From Sphaerodactylus townsendi (taxonomy: Eukaryota), in assembly GCF_021028975.2 (NCBI RefSeq), contig NC_059440.1, forward strand, positions 27,528,001 through 27,592,000: DNA of 64,000 nucleotides, in the 5' to 3' direction. A program made the translations under genes and the position numbers. Of this stretch, positions 12,091-24,285 are shown piece after piece (position 1 is the stretch's first letter; every line of letters starts with the position of its first letter). The notes under the pieces were generated by a model. The model worked only from the letters and a program-made list of their open reading frames with translations, ran no database searches and was not told where the DNA came from.

Positions 12091-12760
12091 ACTACCTTTA
12101 GGGGCGGCTTTAGGGTTAAAGCAATTGCCCATACCAGGAGGCGGGAGAGGGCGGGGAAACTGGGCCGGTTCACTCAGCCATTGGTCTGTTTTTGCTACTT
12201 GCTTCGTTGCTTTGTTCCGCCCTCACAATGACGCGCGTCTCCGCCGAGCCAATAGAAATTAAGAGCGCGAGCGCGGACTCTAGCCAATAGGGAAGAGGGC
12301 GTGGGGATGCTGGCCAATAGAAAAAAAGAAGAGGTCGGGCCTCATGCTCGGTGTAGCAAATAGGGTGCAAGGATGAGTGGGCGGTGTTCTCACAGACCAA
12401 GAATTGACTAGGCCAGGAAAATGCGGCGCGCTTTCTATTGGCTGGCGGGGATGGGCGGAGCGAAGTAGGAAGGGGAAATGGCGGCCTTGGAAGGGAGGCC
12501 ATAAGTAAGAAAAGACAGTGACGCTCGAATGATGTGCGTGCGCTAAGTTGAAGGGGGCAAAAAAAGGGGTTGGTTTTGAAATGCGCACGCGCACATTGGG
12601 CGGCCCCGCAGTACGCACGGGTTTCCGTATTGCGCACGCGCAGTGTGGGCTCTGGCTGTGCAGGTAAGCGCAAAGCTTGAGCATCCCAGAGGAAGAGTTG
12701 GGAAAACGGGCGTGTTGTCATGGAAACGAGAGGAGGCTGTGAGGGCGGGGGTGGCTAGAG
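12050..12760. promoter_or_regulatory. Bidirectional CpG-island promoter for CPTP and INTS11
   Basis: CpG-rich; CCAAT/ATTGG boxes at 12080, 12180, 12249, 12284, 12314, 12437, 12595; NRF1-like TGCGCACGCGCA at 12582 and 12631; YY1-like AAATGGCGGC at 12476; GC boxes; head-to-head genes. Confidence 0.85.
12600..12663 (+). other. INTS11: Probable non-coding exon 1 of INTS11 (5' end approximate)
   Basis: CAG|GTAAGC donor at 12664; matching acceptor TTATAG ending at 13344 upstream of the ATG. Confidence 0.6.
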
Positions 12761-12829
12761 GTGCCAAAGGCCTCGCTCTGCCCCATGGAAGGCCTTTTGG
12801 GGTTACTGTCCTTGCCTAATGGGTAATGT

Positions 12830-13190
12830 ATTATGATGGTGGAAAGTGCTGTCTAGTCACAGCTATGGGGACCTTCAAGGCAGGAGACGGCCAGAGGTGG
12901 TTTGCCATCGCAGTGTAGGACAAGCTGCAATGTGAGCAATGCCAGGAGTACACACTGCAGTCGATGGCAAACCACCTCTAACCTTGTCTTCCTTTGAAGG
13001 TCCCCATAAATCAGCTGTGACTGGTCTCCCATCCAAATACTAACCAGGACTTATCCTGTTTAAGCTTGTGTGATTTGACCAGGTTGGGCTAGCCTGGGCC
13101 ATCCAGGTCAGGGCACATAAACAGAGGTGGTTTACCACTGACTGCCTCTGCATAACAGTCATGGACTTCCTTGGTGGCCTCCCTTCCAAA
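12830..13190. mobile_element. Rearranged 5S rRNA-derived SINE fragments (5S-Sauria-like)
   Basis: GGTCTCCCATCCAAATACTAACCAGG is the reverse complement of part of 5S rRNA; CAGAGGTGGTTTGCCAT body motif repeated. Confidence 0.6.
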
Positions 13191-13369
13191 ACAACATGCT
13201 TGTCTTTTCTTCAAACTCGCCATGCAAATAAACTTATGGGCTTCCATTCCCCTCACTCCGGTTGCTTTCCTTCAGATCATTTTCGTACCTGAGATGCTGA
13301 TACTTGCCATCTTGATGGGGTTTCTGCAACAGCCTTCCTTATAGTTGACATTCTGAGATTGAAGTAATC

Positions 13370-13397
13370 ATGCCTGAAATAAAAGTCACTCCCTTGG
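13370..13397 (+). CDS. INTS11: Integrator subunit 11 (CPSF3L), coding exon 1
   Basis: MPEIKVTPL-G|GTAAG. Confidence 0.93.
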
Positions 13398-14134
13398 GTA
13401 AGTTACGTAAACGTTGGTGCCTGCTTTACACTCTTTGTGTTGGGAAGAGGTATTGGGTATGTTCTTAAAATGTATGGTCCATTGGAACGCCCCATTGTGG
13501 GCAGAGTTTTCTACATATGGAAGGCTGACATTCAGACAACCACATCCTGTAGTACAGATAAATAGTTTATTGAAGAGGTTCTGTTGTGGAAAAAGATACT
13601 ATGCTGTGCAGTCTGACATAGTAAGCTTCTGAATTGTCCAGAATTTCAGTGTTCTCAAATAAAATATTATGTCCAGTTTTGTTTAACACATGTTCTGCAA
13701 ATGCACCACCAGACCACAGCCACACAGCCACCAGAACCAATACAAACTGCATTTTCCCAAACCCTTTCACCAGCATGTGTTTGTGTACAATAAAGAGAAG
13801 TTGTGTCCATTCTCTGCCACACAGATTTAATTGGATTGAGTTATGATCCCAGTCAAATGTTCCTAACAGCTGTCGTAAACTAGATGACTCAAAAGCAGAA
13901 ATCAGGGCAATGACTTACTACAGGCAGTGGCCAGGAAACAGGAGCTGCCTTTTCTGAAAGAGGATATCTGGAGGGTGTTATATTTTTTATTTGAAGTACA
14001 TATATCGACTTTCAAAGTATGTATACAACCCTGTGTACAACCTTGTACGTTGTGCACAGCTGAGCATTTTGGGAATGGCATGGCAGCCTTGTGAGGAATT
14101 CAGGCAACTCATTTGGCTCTCTTTGGCCTTTCAG

Positions 14135-14232
14135 GAGCGGGCCAAGATGTGGGCCGCAGCTGCATCTTGGTGTCCATTGCGGGGAAGAATGTCATGTTGG
14201 ACTGTGGGATGCACATGGGTTATAACGACGAC
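14135..14232 (+). CDS. INTS11: INTS11 coding exon 2
   Basis: [33 protein letters not shown]. Confidence 0.95.
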
Positions 14233-14338
14233 GTAAGTTTGAGGGGGAATGTAAAGAGGGGGCGCTGAGGCAACTGATTGCTGGCGGAAGAGGAAAATTG
14301 CGACTGAGTCAGTGCAGTTGCCCGCTTGTGTTTTCCAG

Positions 14339-14412
14339 AGGCGATTTCCTGACTTCTCTTACATCACTCAGAATGGGAGGCTGACCGACTTCCTGGACTG
14401 TGTAATAATCAG
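14339..14412 (+). CDS. INTS11: INTS11 coding exon 3
   Basis: [24 protein letters not shown]. Confidence 0.95.
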
Positions 14413-14499
14413 GTGAGCACATCTGTATTAAAAAGTGAGATTTCAGGATCATTTAAAAAGTATTGCTTTATGGTAAATGTATTGACTGTTCATGTATTG

Positions 14500-14685
14500 A
14501 TTTCTCACATACTAACATTGTTTATTTATTTTTATTTATTTTTTTTATTTTTATTTATTTATTTACCTGTAAATTTATTTATTTATTTTTATTTATTTAT
14601 TTATTTACCTGTACACCGCCCTGAGCCCTTCGGGGGAGGGCGGTTTAGAAATATAACAATAAATAAATAAATAAATAAATAAACA
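14500..14685 (+). mobile_element. L2 LINE 3' tail with (TTTA)n/(TAAA)n
   Basis: CCGCCCTGAGCCCTTCGGGGGAGGGCGG stem-loop followed by (TAAA)n. Confidence 0.7.
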
Positions 14686-14815
14686 TTGTTATTGTATTAT
14701 TGCTAATATATTGGTTTATATGATAGAGATTTCATGTTGATGTACTGATGTGTTGTTCTAGTGCTGCCGTTGCTGTTGTTTAAGTTGCTATTTAACCTAA
14801 CCTGTCCCTTCTCAG

Positions 14816-15044
14816 TCACTTCCACCTGGACCATTGCGGGGCCCTGCCATATTTCAGCGAGATGGTCGGCTACGATGGGCCCATTTACATGACCCACCCA
14901 ACCAAGGCCATTTGCCCCATCCTGCTCGAGGACTACAGGAAAATCACTGTGGACAAGAAAGGAGAGACTAACTTCTTCACTTCTCAGATGATCAAGGATT
15001 GTATGAAGAAAGTGGTGGCCGTTCATCTTCATCAGACAGTCCAG
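14816..15044 (+). CDS. INTS11: INTS11 coding exon 4 (metallo-beta-lactamase HxHxDH motif)
   Basis: [30 protein letters not shown]...HQTVQ. Confidence 0.97.
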
Positions 15045-15241
15045 GTAAGGGAGCCGTGACTCTTGACGGGTGCTGACAAATAAGTGCGAAAGTGGCTGAT
15101 CTCAATTCCTAGCAGTTTCCCTTGGGTGGCTACAGTTTTTCAAGTGCCTGGATCCTGAGCCATTCAGGCCTTCTGGTTTTCTTTAATGGATGCTTGCTAG
15201 GACCACTTCAAAACGTGGATCAGTTCGACTTGTCATTACAG

Positions 15242-15340
15242 GTGGACGATGAGTTGGAGATCAAGGCATACTACGCAGGGCATGTCCTCGGGGCGGCCAT
15301 GTTCCAGATCAAAGTCGGCTGTGAGTCGGTGGTTTATACC
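15242..15340 (+). CDS. INTS11: INTS11 coding exon 5
   Basis: [33 protein letters not shown]. Confidence 0.95.
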
Positions 15341-15443
15341 GTAAGTGTCCGGCTGCGTCGTTCTAGCTGTGCTCATTTTACGTGAACTGGGTGTGCCAAA
15401 TAACTTGCGATGATTAAGAAGGGTTTGTTCTTTGTTTCATTAG

Positions 15444-15478
15444 GGTGACTATAACATGACTCCAGACCGGCACTTGGG
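15444..15478 (+). CDS. INTS11: INTS11 coding exon 6
   Basis: GDYNMTPDRHLG. Confidence 0.93.
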
Positions 15479-15667
15479 GTAAGTGTGGAAAGCTGTCAGC
15501 AGCTGTGGGTGTGCTTTTTCAGCGGCAGAAGCATTGGGAGGGTGTCATTATCTTAGGTTCACCTTTGCAGCATGACTCTCCCACATGAATCAGTAACGCA
15601 TGGGCCTTTCTGATGTGATTGTTTAGACATTCTTGCACACTCTTCCATTCCTCACGGTTCGTACTAG

Positions 15668-15955
15668 AGAACATAAGAAAGAGCCTGCTGGATCAGACCA
15701 GAGTCCATCTAGTCCAGCACTCTGCTACTCGCAGTGGCCCACCAGATACCTTTGGGAGCTCACATGCAGGATGTGAAAGCAATGGCCTGCTGCTGCTGCT
15801 GCTGCTCCCGAGCACCTGGTCTGCTAAGGCATTTGCAGTCTCATATCAAGGAGGATCAAAATTAGTAGCCATAGATCGACTTCTCCTATATAAATCTGTC
15901 CAAGCCCCTTTTAAAGCTATCCTGGTTAGCGGTCATCGCCACCTCCTGTGGCAGC
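15668..15955 (-). mobile_element. CR1 3' fragment (TTCTTATG-tail subfamily)
   Basis: Near-identical to the 18269, 22483 and 59440 copies. Confidence 0.85.
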
Positions 15956-16626
15956 GTAGTACTGTTCGGTCCCTCCTTTTCTCCTGTCATTGGTCAGTGG
16001 TTTTCAGGTTTTAACTCTTTTCCTGATACCCAGACTGTACTTCCTTTTCCTCCTCTCCAAACTGAGATGGTCAGCACTAGTTTAAAGACAGAGAACCGAG
16101 GGAAGCAGTCTGTCTTTAGGACTCTTTTGCCTCCCATATTTCAAGAAGAAAACCCTGGTCGGTATGCCATATTAAAATTGTCAGATCCAATCATTCTCAC
16201 GTGGGCTGTCCCAGGAAGGGCAACCCCAAGTGAATAACCGACATCTGTGTATGTTTCTCCCACAGATTAAAAAGTTTACATATATGACCAGCTTGAGGTG
16301 CAGTGTTTTGTAGTGGTAAAAGGACTGGGAGAGGGTTCACATTTAGCTGTAAAACTCACAGAGTTATCTGTGACACTTTTTCTCAGCCTAACCTCATGGA
16401 GTGCCTGAGAATAAAAACAGAGCTGCCAGGAGGAAGGTTGGAAGAACAATGATAGGCAGAAATTAGATACAAGTACAATAGCATCGCGAACACTGATTTC
16501 AAGCACTACGTGTTTGGCGAGTGTATGGTGCCAGAGATGGATTTTAAGCAAGGGGACAGATCTGTTTCAGGTTGGCCTGGTTGACCTGTCAGAATTTCAA
16601 GCCTCCTTGGTGCTCTTTGTCTCCAG

Positions 16627-16765
16627 AGCTGCCTGGATTGATAAATGCCGTCCCGACCTTCTCATTTCCGAGTCCACCTACGCCACGACCATTAGAGATT
16701 CCAAACGCTGCCGGGAGCGGGACTTCTTGAAGAAGGTCCACGAAACTGTTGAGCGAGGAGGAAAA
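16627..16765 (+). CDS. INTS11: INTS11 coding exon 7
   Basis: [46 protein letters not shown]. Confidence 0.95.
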
Positions 16766-16898
16766 GTATGTGTTTTAAAAGGGGGGGGGGAGCTTTGCTG
16801 ATGAAATGGATCTGGTTCATTAGATTTGCCCTTGAATGACCTGGGCTTTGACCTCAGGGATATCTAAGCCCCACCCCACCCCTCTGTCTCCTCTGCAG

Positions 16899-16963
16899 GT
16901 GCTGATTCCAGTGTTTGCTTTGGGCCGTGCTCAAGAGCTCTGCATCTTACTGGAGACCTTCTG
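16899..16963 (+). CDS. INTS11: INTS11 coding exon 8
   Basis: [22 protein letters not shown]. Confidence 0.95.
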
Positions 16964-17338
16964 GTAAAGAGGCACCCTCATTTCTTTTCTCTTTAATTTT
17001 GCCTCAGGCTTTCCGTGTCCCTTTGACTCTCTGCCTGTTGAAGGAAGAGTTCTACTTGTTCTCTCATCTCTCGCATTTTTTTTTTACACCACAATATCCT
17101 CTGTGTTTCTGTGACGGTTCAGTGGGAGGGCAGAGAAAACTCAAAAGGTGGTTTTTCAGGTTCCACAGGGTGTGGGCCTGTGAGAAGCACTGCTTGAGTA
17201 TCTTTTTCATCCCTGGTTCCCTCAACCTGCCATCCCAAACTGTGCCAGGAAACCACTGAGAACCAATTGGCCATGCTGGCAGGGACTAATGGGAATTGGA
17301 GTCCATGAACATCTAGAGAGCCACAGGTTGCAGACCCC

Positions 17339-17619
17339 TGGTGTAGTGGTTAAGAACAGGTGGACTCTAATGTGGAGAACCGGGTTTGATTTCCCACTCC
17401 TCTACATGAGTGGCAGACACTTATGTGGTAAACCAGGTTTGTTTTCCTCACACATACACATGAAGCCTGCTGGTTGACCTTGGGCTAGTCACCGTTTGTT
17501 CAGAACTCTTTCAGTCCTACCTACCTCACACGGTGCCTGTTGCAGGGAGAGGAAAGGAGTTTGTAAAGCTGCCTTAAATCTCCTTGCAGGAGAGAAAGGT
17601 GGGGTATAAATCCAAACCA
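17339..17619 (+). mobile_element. Squam3-like SINE preceded by half of a hAT MITE (17262-17340)
   Basis: A/B boxes and SINE body; MITE right arm ends CAGACCCCTG. Confidence 0.8.
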
Positions 17620-17663
17620 CTTCCCTGTTCTTCGCTTTGATTCCCTCTCTTTCCTTTCCGAAG

Positions 17664-17853
17664 GGAACGCATGAACTTGAAGGCGCCCATCTACTTCTCG
17701 ACGGGGTTGACCGAGAAGGCCAACCACTATTACAAGCTCTTCATCACATGGACCAACCAGAAGATCCGGAAGACCTTTGTCCAAAGAAACATGTTTGAGT
17801 TCAAGCACATCAAGGCATTTGACCAAGCTTTCGCTGACAATCCGGGACCAATG
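17664..17853 (+). CDS. INTS11: INTS11 coding exon 9
   Basis: [29 protein letters not shown]...DNPGPM. Confidence 0.95.
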
Positions 17854-18268
17854 GTACGGACAGTCGGGGTCGGTAAAGCGTGGTTACAACCCTGATGCTC
17901 TCATGCGGGGCCAGAGCGATGCCACGAGGGATCGGGGACTTCCATTTTTGACAGCTTCGAAAATGAAACCCATTGGGTGGTTTTACTGGGCAGAATATAT
18001 TTTTAACACTTGTCTCTTCCTCCTCCTGCATATGACTAATACGCGCCGTGCTTTTGAATTGTTATGGATTTTGCAAAAGGGCACCGTTTTTAAAAGCAGC
18101 CTCGCCTGCGTAGAACAAGGTGTCAAAAGTAAAAGAGAACTGTTTACAAGGCTTATCTTCTAATCTCTTGGGGAGTTAGTGAGGAACTTGTTTTCCTTTG
18201 AAAACGGAAAGGGAAGTTCTTGGGAACCAGCTTCCCCTCCTGCGGCACGTTTTTCTCATTTACCTTGT

Positions 18269-19253
18269 CATAAGAACATAAGAACAAGCCAGCTGGATCA
18301 GACCAGAGTCCATCTAGTCCAGCTCTCTGCTACTCGCAGTGGCCCACCAGGTGCCTTTGGGAGCTCCCATGCAGGAGGTGAAAGCAATGGCCTTCTGCGG
18401 CTGTTGCTCCCGAGCACCTGGACTGTTAAGGCATTTGCAATCTCAGATCAAGGAGGATCAAGATTGGTAGCCATAAATTGACTTCTCCTCCATAAATCTG
18501 TCCAAGCCCCTTTTAAAGCTATCCAGGTTAGTGGCCATCACCACACTCCTGTGGCGAAGCCTATTCCAAACACCAATCCTGCGTTGCGTTTTGGAAGAAG
18601 TGTTTCCTTTTTTATTAGTCCTAATTCTTCCCCCCAGCATTTTCAATGAATGCCCCCTGGTTCTAGTATTGTGAGAAAGAGAGAAAAATTTCTCTCTGTC
18701 AACATTTTCTACCATGTACCATAATTTTGTAGACTTCAATCATATCCCCCCTCAGCCGTCTCCTACTCCAAACCAAAGAGTCCCAAACAGCTGCAGCCTC
18801 TCCTCATAAGGGAAGGTGCTCCAGTCCCTCAAATCATCCTTGTTGCCCTTCTCTGCACTTTTTCTATCTCCTCAATATCGCTTTTTTGAGATGCGGCTGA
18901 CCAGAACTGGACACGGAAGGTATTATTACTCCCAAGTGCGGTCGCACCACTGCTTTATATAAGGGCATGACGATCTTTGCAGTTTTATTATCAATTCCTT
19001 TCCTAATTATCCCCAGCATAGAGTTTGCCTTTTTCACAGCTGCCATGCATTGAGTTGACATTCCCATGGAACTATCAACTAAGACGCCTAAATCCCTTTC
19101 CTGGTCTGTGACTGTTAGCACTGTCCCTTGTAGCGTGTATGTGGATTTTTTGCCCCTATGTGCATCACTTTACATTTTGCTACATTGAACTGCATTTGCC
19201 ATTTCTGAGCCCACTCACCTAATTTATCAAGGTCCGCTTGGAGCTCTTCGCAA
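18269..19253 (-). mobile_element. CR1 LINE 3' fragment
   Basis: ERDLGVLVDSSMGMSTQCMAAVKKANSMLGII; TRTRGHSLK; many small indels. Confidence 0.9.
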
Positions 19254-19285
19254 TCAGTGGTGGTTCTTCTCATTTACCTTTCTAG

Positions 19286-19369
19286 GTTGTTTTTGCCACC
19301 CCAGGGATGCTTCACGCAGGACAATCCCTACAGATCTTCAAGAAATGGTCCGGTAACGAGAAGAACATG
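19286..19369 (+). CDS. INTS11: INTS11 coding exon 10
   Basis: [28 protein letters not shown]. Confidence 0.95.
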
Positions 19370-19488
19370 GTAGGAAAGCAACGTTTGTAAATATTTTTTG
19401 ATGGGTTTAAGAAAAGCGCTTTTATCATCTGTTTCTTTAGAGGGCGAGTTGAAATGGCAAGCCACTTGATTCTGGATTCCCTTTCCAG

Positions 19489-19578
19489 GTGATCATGCCC
19501 GGATACTGCGTGCAAGGAACCGTGGGCCACAAAATTCTGGGCGGACAACGGAAGTTGGAAATGGAGGGGAGGCAGATT
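19489..19578 (+). CDS. INTS11: INTS11 coding exon 11
   Basis: [30 protein letters not shown]. Confidence 0.95.
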
Positions 19579-19894
19579 GTGAGTTAAATGCATTAAAGAA
19601 GAAATTCCCTTCTTGGTTGTCATATTTATGAATTGCCACTTTAAAAAAACAGACAAGATGTGCAGCAAAAAACATCTAGACACCAACCGGGCTTGATTAC
19701 TTTTTGCTAGATGGACTGGGTCGGTCTGCCATAAGATCACAGGGTGCATTTCACCACACAGGTTAAAAAACACAACTTTCTGAGTGGTTTTAGCCCCTCC
19801 ATTTGTCACCTGAATCCATCCTTGCCCACAGTACATCCAGAAGAAGCCTGGTAAAGATCCACCCAGCTGTACCTTGGTGGCCCAAGCTTAGCGT

Positions 19895-20060
19895 GACTTC
19901 ACGAGACCTCAGGAGCTAAGCAGGGTCGGTCCTGGTTTCTGCTGGGAGGGGGGGACCACCAGGGAAGTCCAGGGTTGCTACACAGAGGCAGGCAAGGGCA
20001 AACCACCTCTGTTAATCTGCTCTGACCTCTGTTTGGGTCTTGCCTTGGAGACTCTCTGGG
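19895..20060 (+). mobile_element. 5S rRNA-derived SINE fragment
   Basis: AGCTAAGCAGGGTCGG..CTGG 5S internal control region followed by GGCAAACCACCTCTG body. Confidence 0.6.
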
Positions 20061-20720
20061 GTTAAAGGTAACAAAGATATAGGTCACGTCTAAATAAGCA
20101 CTAACACATTAAACAGAGAAAGGTGTGGTAGGATCTAACAGCTTCTTGGAAAGCGTCTGTTATCTATAGAACACCTCATATGCAAGTAAATGGCAAATTG
20201 GCACTGATGAAGGCACCGAAGAGCGCAATTTCGTGCGATGCGTTCCTGCCAGCAATGAATTGAAGACCGCAATATTTATGAATGAACTTTTGTGATCAAC
20301 TGCAAGAACCTGGAATCTGTATGAATGTGGAAACACCTTTGAAGGGACTGTTTATGTTTAGATTATTGAATAAAAAAAGAGAAAAATAATTCATGTGATG
20401 ATACAACAGTGAATGATGAAATTCTGTTGATATGAGATAGATATATGATTACAATTGTATGTGATGAGCATTGTTCCTTAATATATAAGAAATACCAAAC
20501 CTAATTTGGCTGCCTAGTGGGTGACGTGTTTAATGTGTTAGTGCTGACTCTCTGGGGTTGCCAAGAGTTGGCCCTGACTTGATGGCATCTCACACACACA
20601 AAGATCGGACCCTCTGCCGCATGTTGGCAATTAACTACCTGGTTTGGGAGTCACCAGACCACGTTTCTCGGCCCTGCTTCGAGTGGTTGATGCTGTGCCT
20701 GTCTGTCTTGTTCCTTTCAG

Positions 20721-20883
20721 CTAGAAGTGAAGCTGCAGGTGGAATACATGTCCTTCAGTGCCCACGCAGACGCCAAGGGCATCATGCAGCTCATCCGCCA
20801 GGCTGAGCCGCGCAACGTCCTTTTAGTCCACGGCGAGGCGAAGAAGATGGAGTTCCTGAAGCAGAAGATCGAGCAGGAGTTCC
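20721..20883 (+). CDS. INTS11: INTS11 coding exon 12
   Basis: [20 protein letters not shown]...[11 protein letters not shown] (beta-CASP motifs). Confidence 0.95.
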
Positions 20884-21512
20884 GTACGTCCGCTGTGCAA
20901 TTTTTTATTCGCCACCGGGCAGGAGGACAATAAATTGACAGATTCCTCCACTGTCTGAGGCATCTTCGTGTTTTACGGAACTGCTCTCCTGTTGACAGTT
21001 GGTTCAGTGTAACTGGTCCACCAAACTGCCATAGGTGGCAACTGAATTTTTAGTGGGGATCATGTGATCAAGTCAAGGCTGAAAGACCAGCGACAGTGCC
21101 TGTGGCCATCAGCTGAAAGTCTGGGCAAAGGTCTCTTGACCCCCTTCCTACCAATTCCAAGCCCCGAGCCTGAATCCATTATTGGTCCTCCCCTTCTTCC
21201 AATGCTCTCCGTATACTTGAGACTCCACATAATCCTTACGGCAGCCCTGTGAGGTAGGTTAGGCAGAGGGACTGACGCAAGGTCTCGCAGTGTCTTTCAC
21301 TGCTGAGAGGATTTGAACGAGGGTCTCCCAGATCCTGCTCTGGCCCTCCAACCGTACAGAAGTAAAATCTGCAGTTGTATTTTCCCAATTTTTCTTTGGG
21401 GTGGGGGGAGGGGGGATGCCACAGCTTGCCAAACTTCCATTTGAGCTGTGAAGATTCAGTGCTCCCTCCCTTGCAGTCCCCGTCCCTTACGCCCTGCGTT
21501 CCTCTCTCACAG

Positions 21513-21620
21513 GTGTCAGCTGCCACATGCCCGCTAATGGAGAGACAGTGACCGTTTTGACCAGCCCCAACATCTCAGTGGATGTTTCCCTTGGGCTGCT
21601 GAAGCGAGAACGAGCGATCG
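21513..21620 (+). CDS. INTS11: INTS11 coding exon 13
   Basis: [35 protein letters not shown]. Confidence 0.92.
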
Positions 21621-21849
21621 GTAAGACGTCAGGTGGCCTGTGAGCGGTCGCCGTGTGGAGGTGGCACATCTAAATAGGAGGCCAGTTCTCTGTGCTCTCA
21701 AGGCGCATTTGCGCTACTGCCCAGGTTTATGAACCTGATCTTCTCTTTTCCGTGTCCTTAACGGAATAAGATCCACTCCCTTCTTTGTGAAACGCCACTG
21801 TCTTTATTCAGCCTTTCCCGGATTTCCCCCAGAGGTAAAACAACAACCT

Positions 21850-21980
21850 GGTCCCTTCCACGCGTGCAAAATAATGCAGTTTCAATCCATTTTCACAATT
21901 GTTTGCAAGTGGATTTTGCTGTTCCACACAGCTGCAAAGTGGATTGAAAATGCATTATTCTGCACGTGCAGAAGGGGTCC
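21850..21980. mobile_element. Palindromic PIF/Harbinger-like MITE
   Basis: Same family as 29062-29202 and 49484-49623. Confidence 0.7.
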
Positions 21981-21992
21981 CAGTGTGCTTTA

Positions 21993-22289
21993 GAAGAGTT
22001 TTGGATTTATATCCCCCCTTTCTCTCCTGCAGGAGACTCAAAGGGGCTTACAATCTCCTTGCCCTTCCCCCCTCACAACAAACACCCTGTGAGGTAGGTG
22101 GGGCTGAGAGAGCTCTGAGAAGCTGTGACTAGCCCAAGGTCACCCAGCTGGCATGTGTGTGGGAGTGTACAGGCTAATCTGAATTCCTCAGATAAGCCTC
22201 CACAGCTCAGGAGACAGAGCTGGGAATCAAACCCGGTTCCTCCAGATTAGATACACGAGCTCTTAACCTCCTACGCCACTGCTGCTCCT
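21993..22289 (-). mobile_element. Squam3-like SINE
   Basis: Full-length copy. Confidence 0.85.
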
Positions 22290-22482
22290 TTAGTGTGCCA
22301 CTCTGCCTCAGAGTCTTTTCTGCTTGCAATAGCAGGGCCTTCTCGGTCATAGTACCACCCCTTGGGAATTTACTTCTCCTGAGACAATTCCCCAGTGCCT
22401 TCCTTCTTAATAGTTAGGTGAGAACCTTTGACTTTTTTTGTTAGGGGGGTGGACGCTGTTAATTTACGTGTCGTGCTTTGGC

Positions 22483-22735
22483 ATAAGAACATAAGAACAT
22501 AAGAACAAGCCAGCTGGATCAGACCAAAGTCCATCTAGTCCAGCTCTCTGCTACTCGCAGTGGCCCACCAGGTGCCTTTGGGAGCTCACGTACAGGATGT
22601 GAACGCAATGGCCTTCTGCGGCTGTTGCTCCCGAGCACCTGGTCTGTTAAGGCATTTGCAATCTCAGATCAAGGAGGATCAAGATTGGTAGCCATAAATC
22701 GACTTCTCCTCCATAAATCTGTCCAAGCCCCTTTT
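22483..22735 (-). mobile_element. CR1 3' fragment
   Basis: (CATAAGAA)3 tail and CR1 3'UTR. Confidence 0.85.
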
Positions 22736-23170
22736 AATTTCAGTTCATTATGGTCTGCTGGTTTTATTGAGACTTATTTGACCTGCTGCAATTGCACGAA
22801 GAATGTATTGTTTAGAAAAGTAAGGTAAACATACCTGTGTGTGTATGCAGTTTTCAAGTCCTAACAAAGCCTTCCTGCTGTCAGAATCTGAGCTGGAGAA
22901 CAACAGACCTGGCGTCTGAAAAGACAGGTTTCAGTGGTTCTGCAGCTGGCTGGCACATTTTGAGCATCACTGCAGTAGCCTTGCAAGGAACCTTTGGGAG
23001 GTTGAGTGTGAAGTTTGAGGTCTCTTGAACGGTGGTTGTGTTTCCTGTCTTGTGGCAGGGTACAGTGGAGCAACGCCCATGACTCAGGAAGAGCAACAGT
23101 CTGTACCAGTGACAGGTGGTGACTGCGGAGTTATTGTCTAATGACTCCACCTGTCTCTCTTTTCCTCCAG

Positions 23171-23232
23171 GTCCGTTGCCGGATTCCAAGAAGCCCAAAC
23201 TCATGCACGGCACGCTAATTATAAAGGACAAT
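23171..23232 (+). CDS. INTS11: INTS11 coding exon 14
   Basis: GPLPDSKKPKLMHGTLIIKDN. Confidence 0.92.
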
Positions 23233-23571
23233 GTAAGCAGAAGGAGCAGGAGGAGGCGGAATTGTGACCTCTGTGAACTCTTCACCCTGTACTGACACAC
23301 TTTTCATGGCATAGGTCCAGACAACCAGTTCCGTCCCGCTATATATTTATTTGTTCCACTTGTGCCTGTTAGTGAGCAGGCAAGTTTGTTCACAAGGCAG
23401 GGAGATCTGCCCCGTCTTATTCCCCACCTGTGTAGTTGGGGTGGAAAGTGCCCTCAAAGTTGCAGCCAATGTACAGCAACCTTGAAGGCAAGAGAGAAAA
23501 TAGAGGTAGTTTGCTGTTGACCACGTCTGCATAACGACCTGGGACTTCCCTGGGGGTCTCACAGCCAAATA

Positions 23572-23836
23572 GAAGAAGAATAGATTTATATCCCACCCTT
23601 CTCTCCTGTAAAGAGACTCAAGGTGGCTTACAAGCTCCTTTCTCTTCCTCTCCCCGCAACAGACACCTGGAGAGGTAGGTGGGGCTGAGAGAGTTCAGAG
23701 AGAACTGTGACTAGCCCAAGGTCGCCCAGCAGGAATGTAGGAGTGTGGAAACACATCTGGTTCACCAGATAAGCCTCTGCCACTCAATTGGAGGAGTGGG
23801 GAATCAAACCCAGTTCTCCGGATTAGAATCCACCTG
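23572..23836 (-). mobile_element. Squam3-like SINE (5' truncated)
   Basis: Matches other copies. Confidence 0.85.
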
Positions 23837-24142
23837 ATCCTAGCCACCTCTGCACTAGGCAAAAGCGATAGTAACCCTATCCAGTCTCCCCCCCGCCCCA
23901 CTCCTCTGTGCAGTCCTGATGGATACCAGGCTCCAGCCTGACACACTGTGAGTTGGGTTAGGCTGCCAATACAGTTGAGTCCAGGCCACCTAGTGAGGAT
24001 TCAGACCCTGGGCTTCCGGACCAGTCTGGCACCCAGACTGACGCTCTGTTCCTTGCTGCGTGACTCTCCAATCTCTGATGCCACAGAGTGTGTGCCGTGG
24101 GACACGGAACGCAAACCTTTCCCCTCTTCTCTCTCCCGGCAG

Positions 24143-24285
24143 AGCTTCCGCCTGGTCTCTCCGGAGCAGGCACTCAAAGAACTGGGTCTGGGGGAACACC
24201 AGCTGCGCTTCACCTGCCGCATCCACTTCCAGGACCCCCGCAAAGAGCATGAGACGGGGCTGCGTGTCTACAACCACCTTAAGAG
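24143..24285 (+). CDS. INTS11: INTS11 coding exon 15
   Basis: [31 protein letters not shown]...YNHLK. Confidence 0.93.

Noticed and set aside
13020-13110. 5S rRNA-like sequence (also about 19900-19970)
   Set aside because: Partial, diverged and fused to a SINE body; not an rRNA gene
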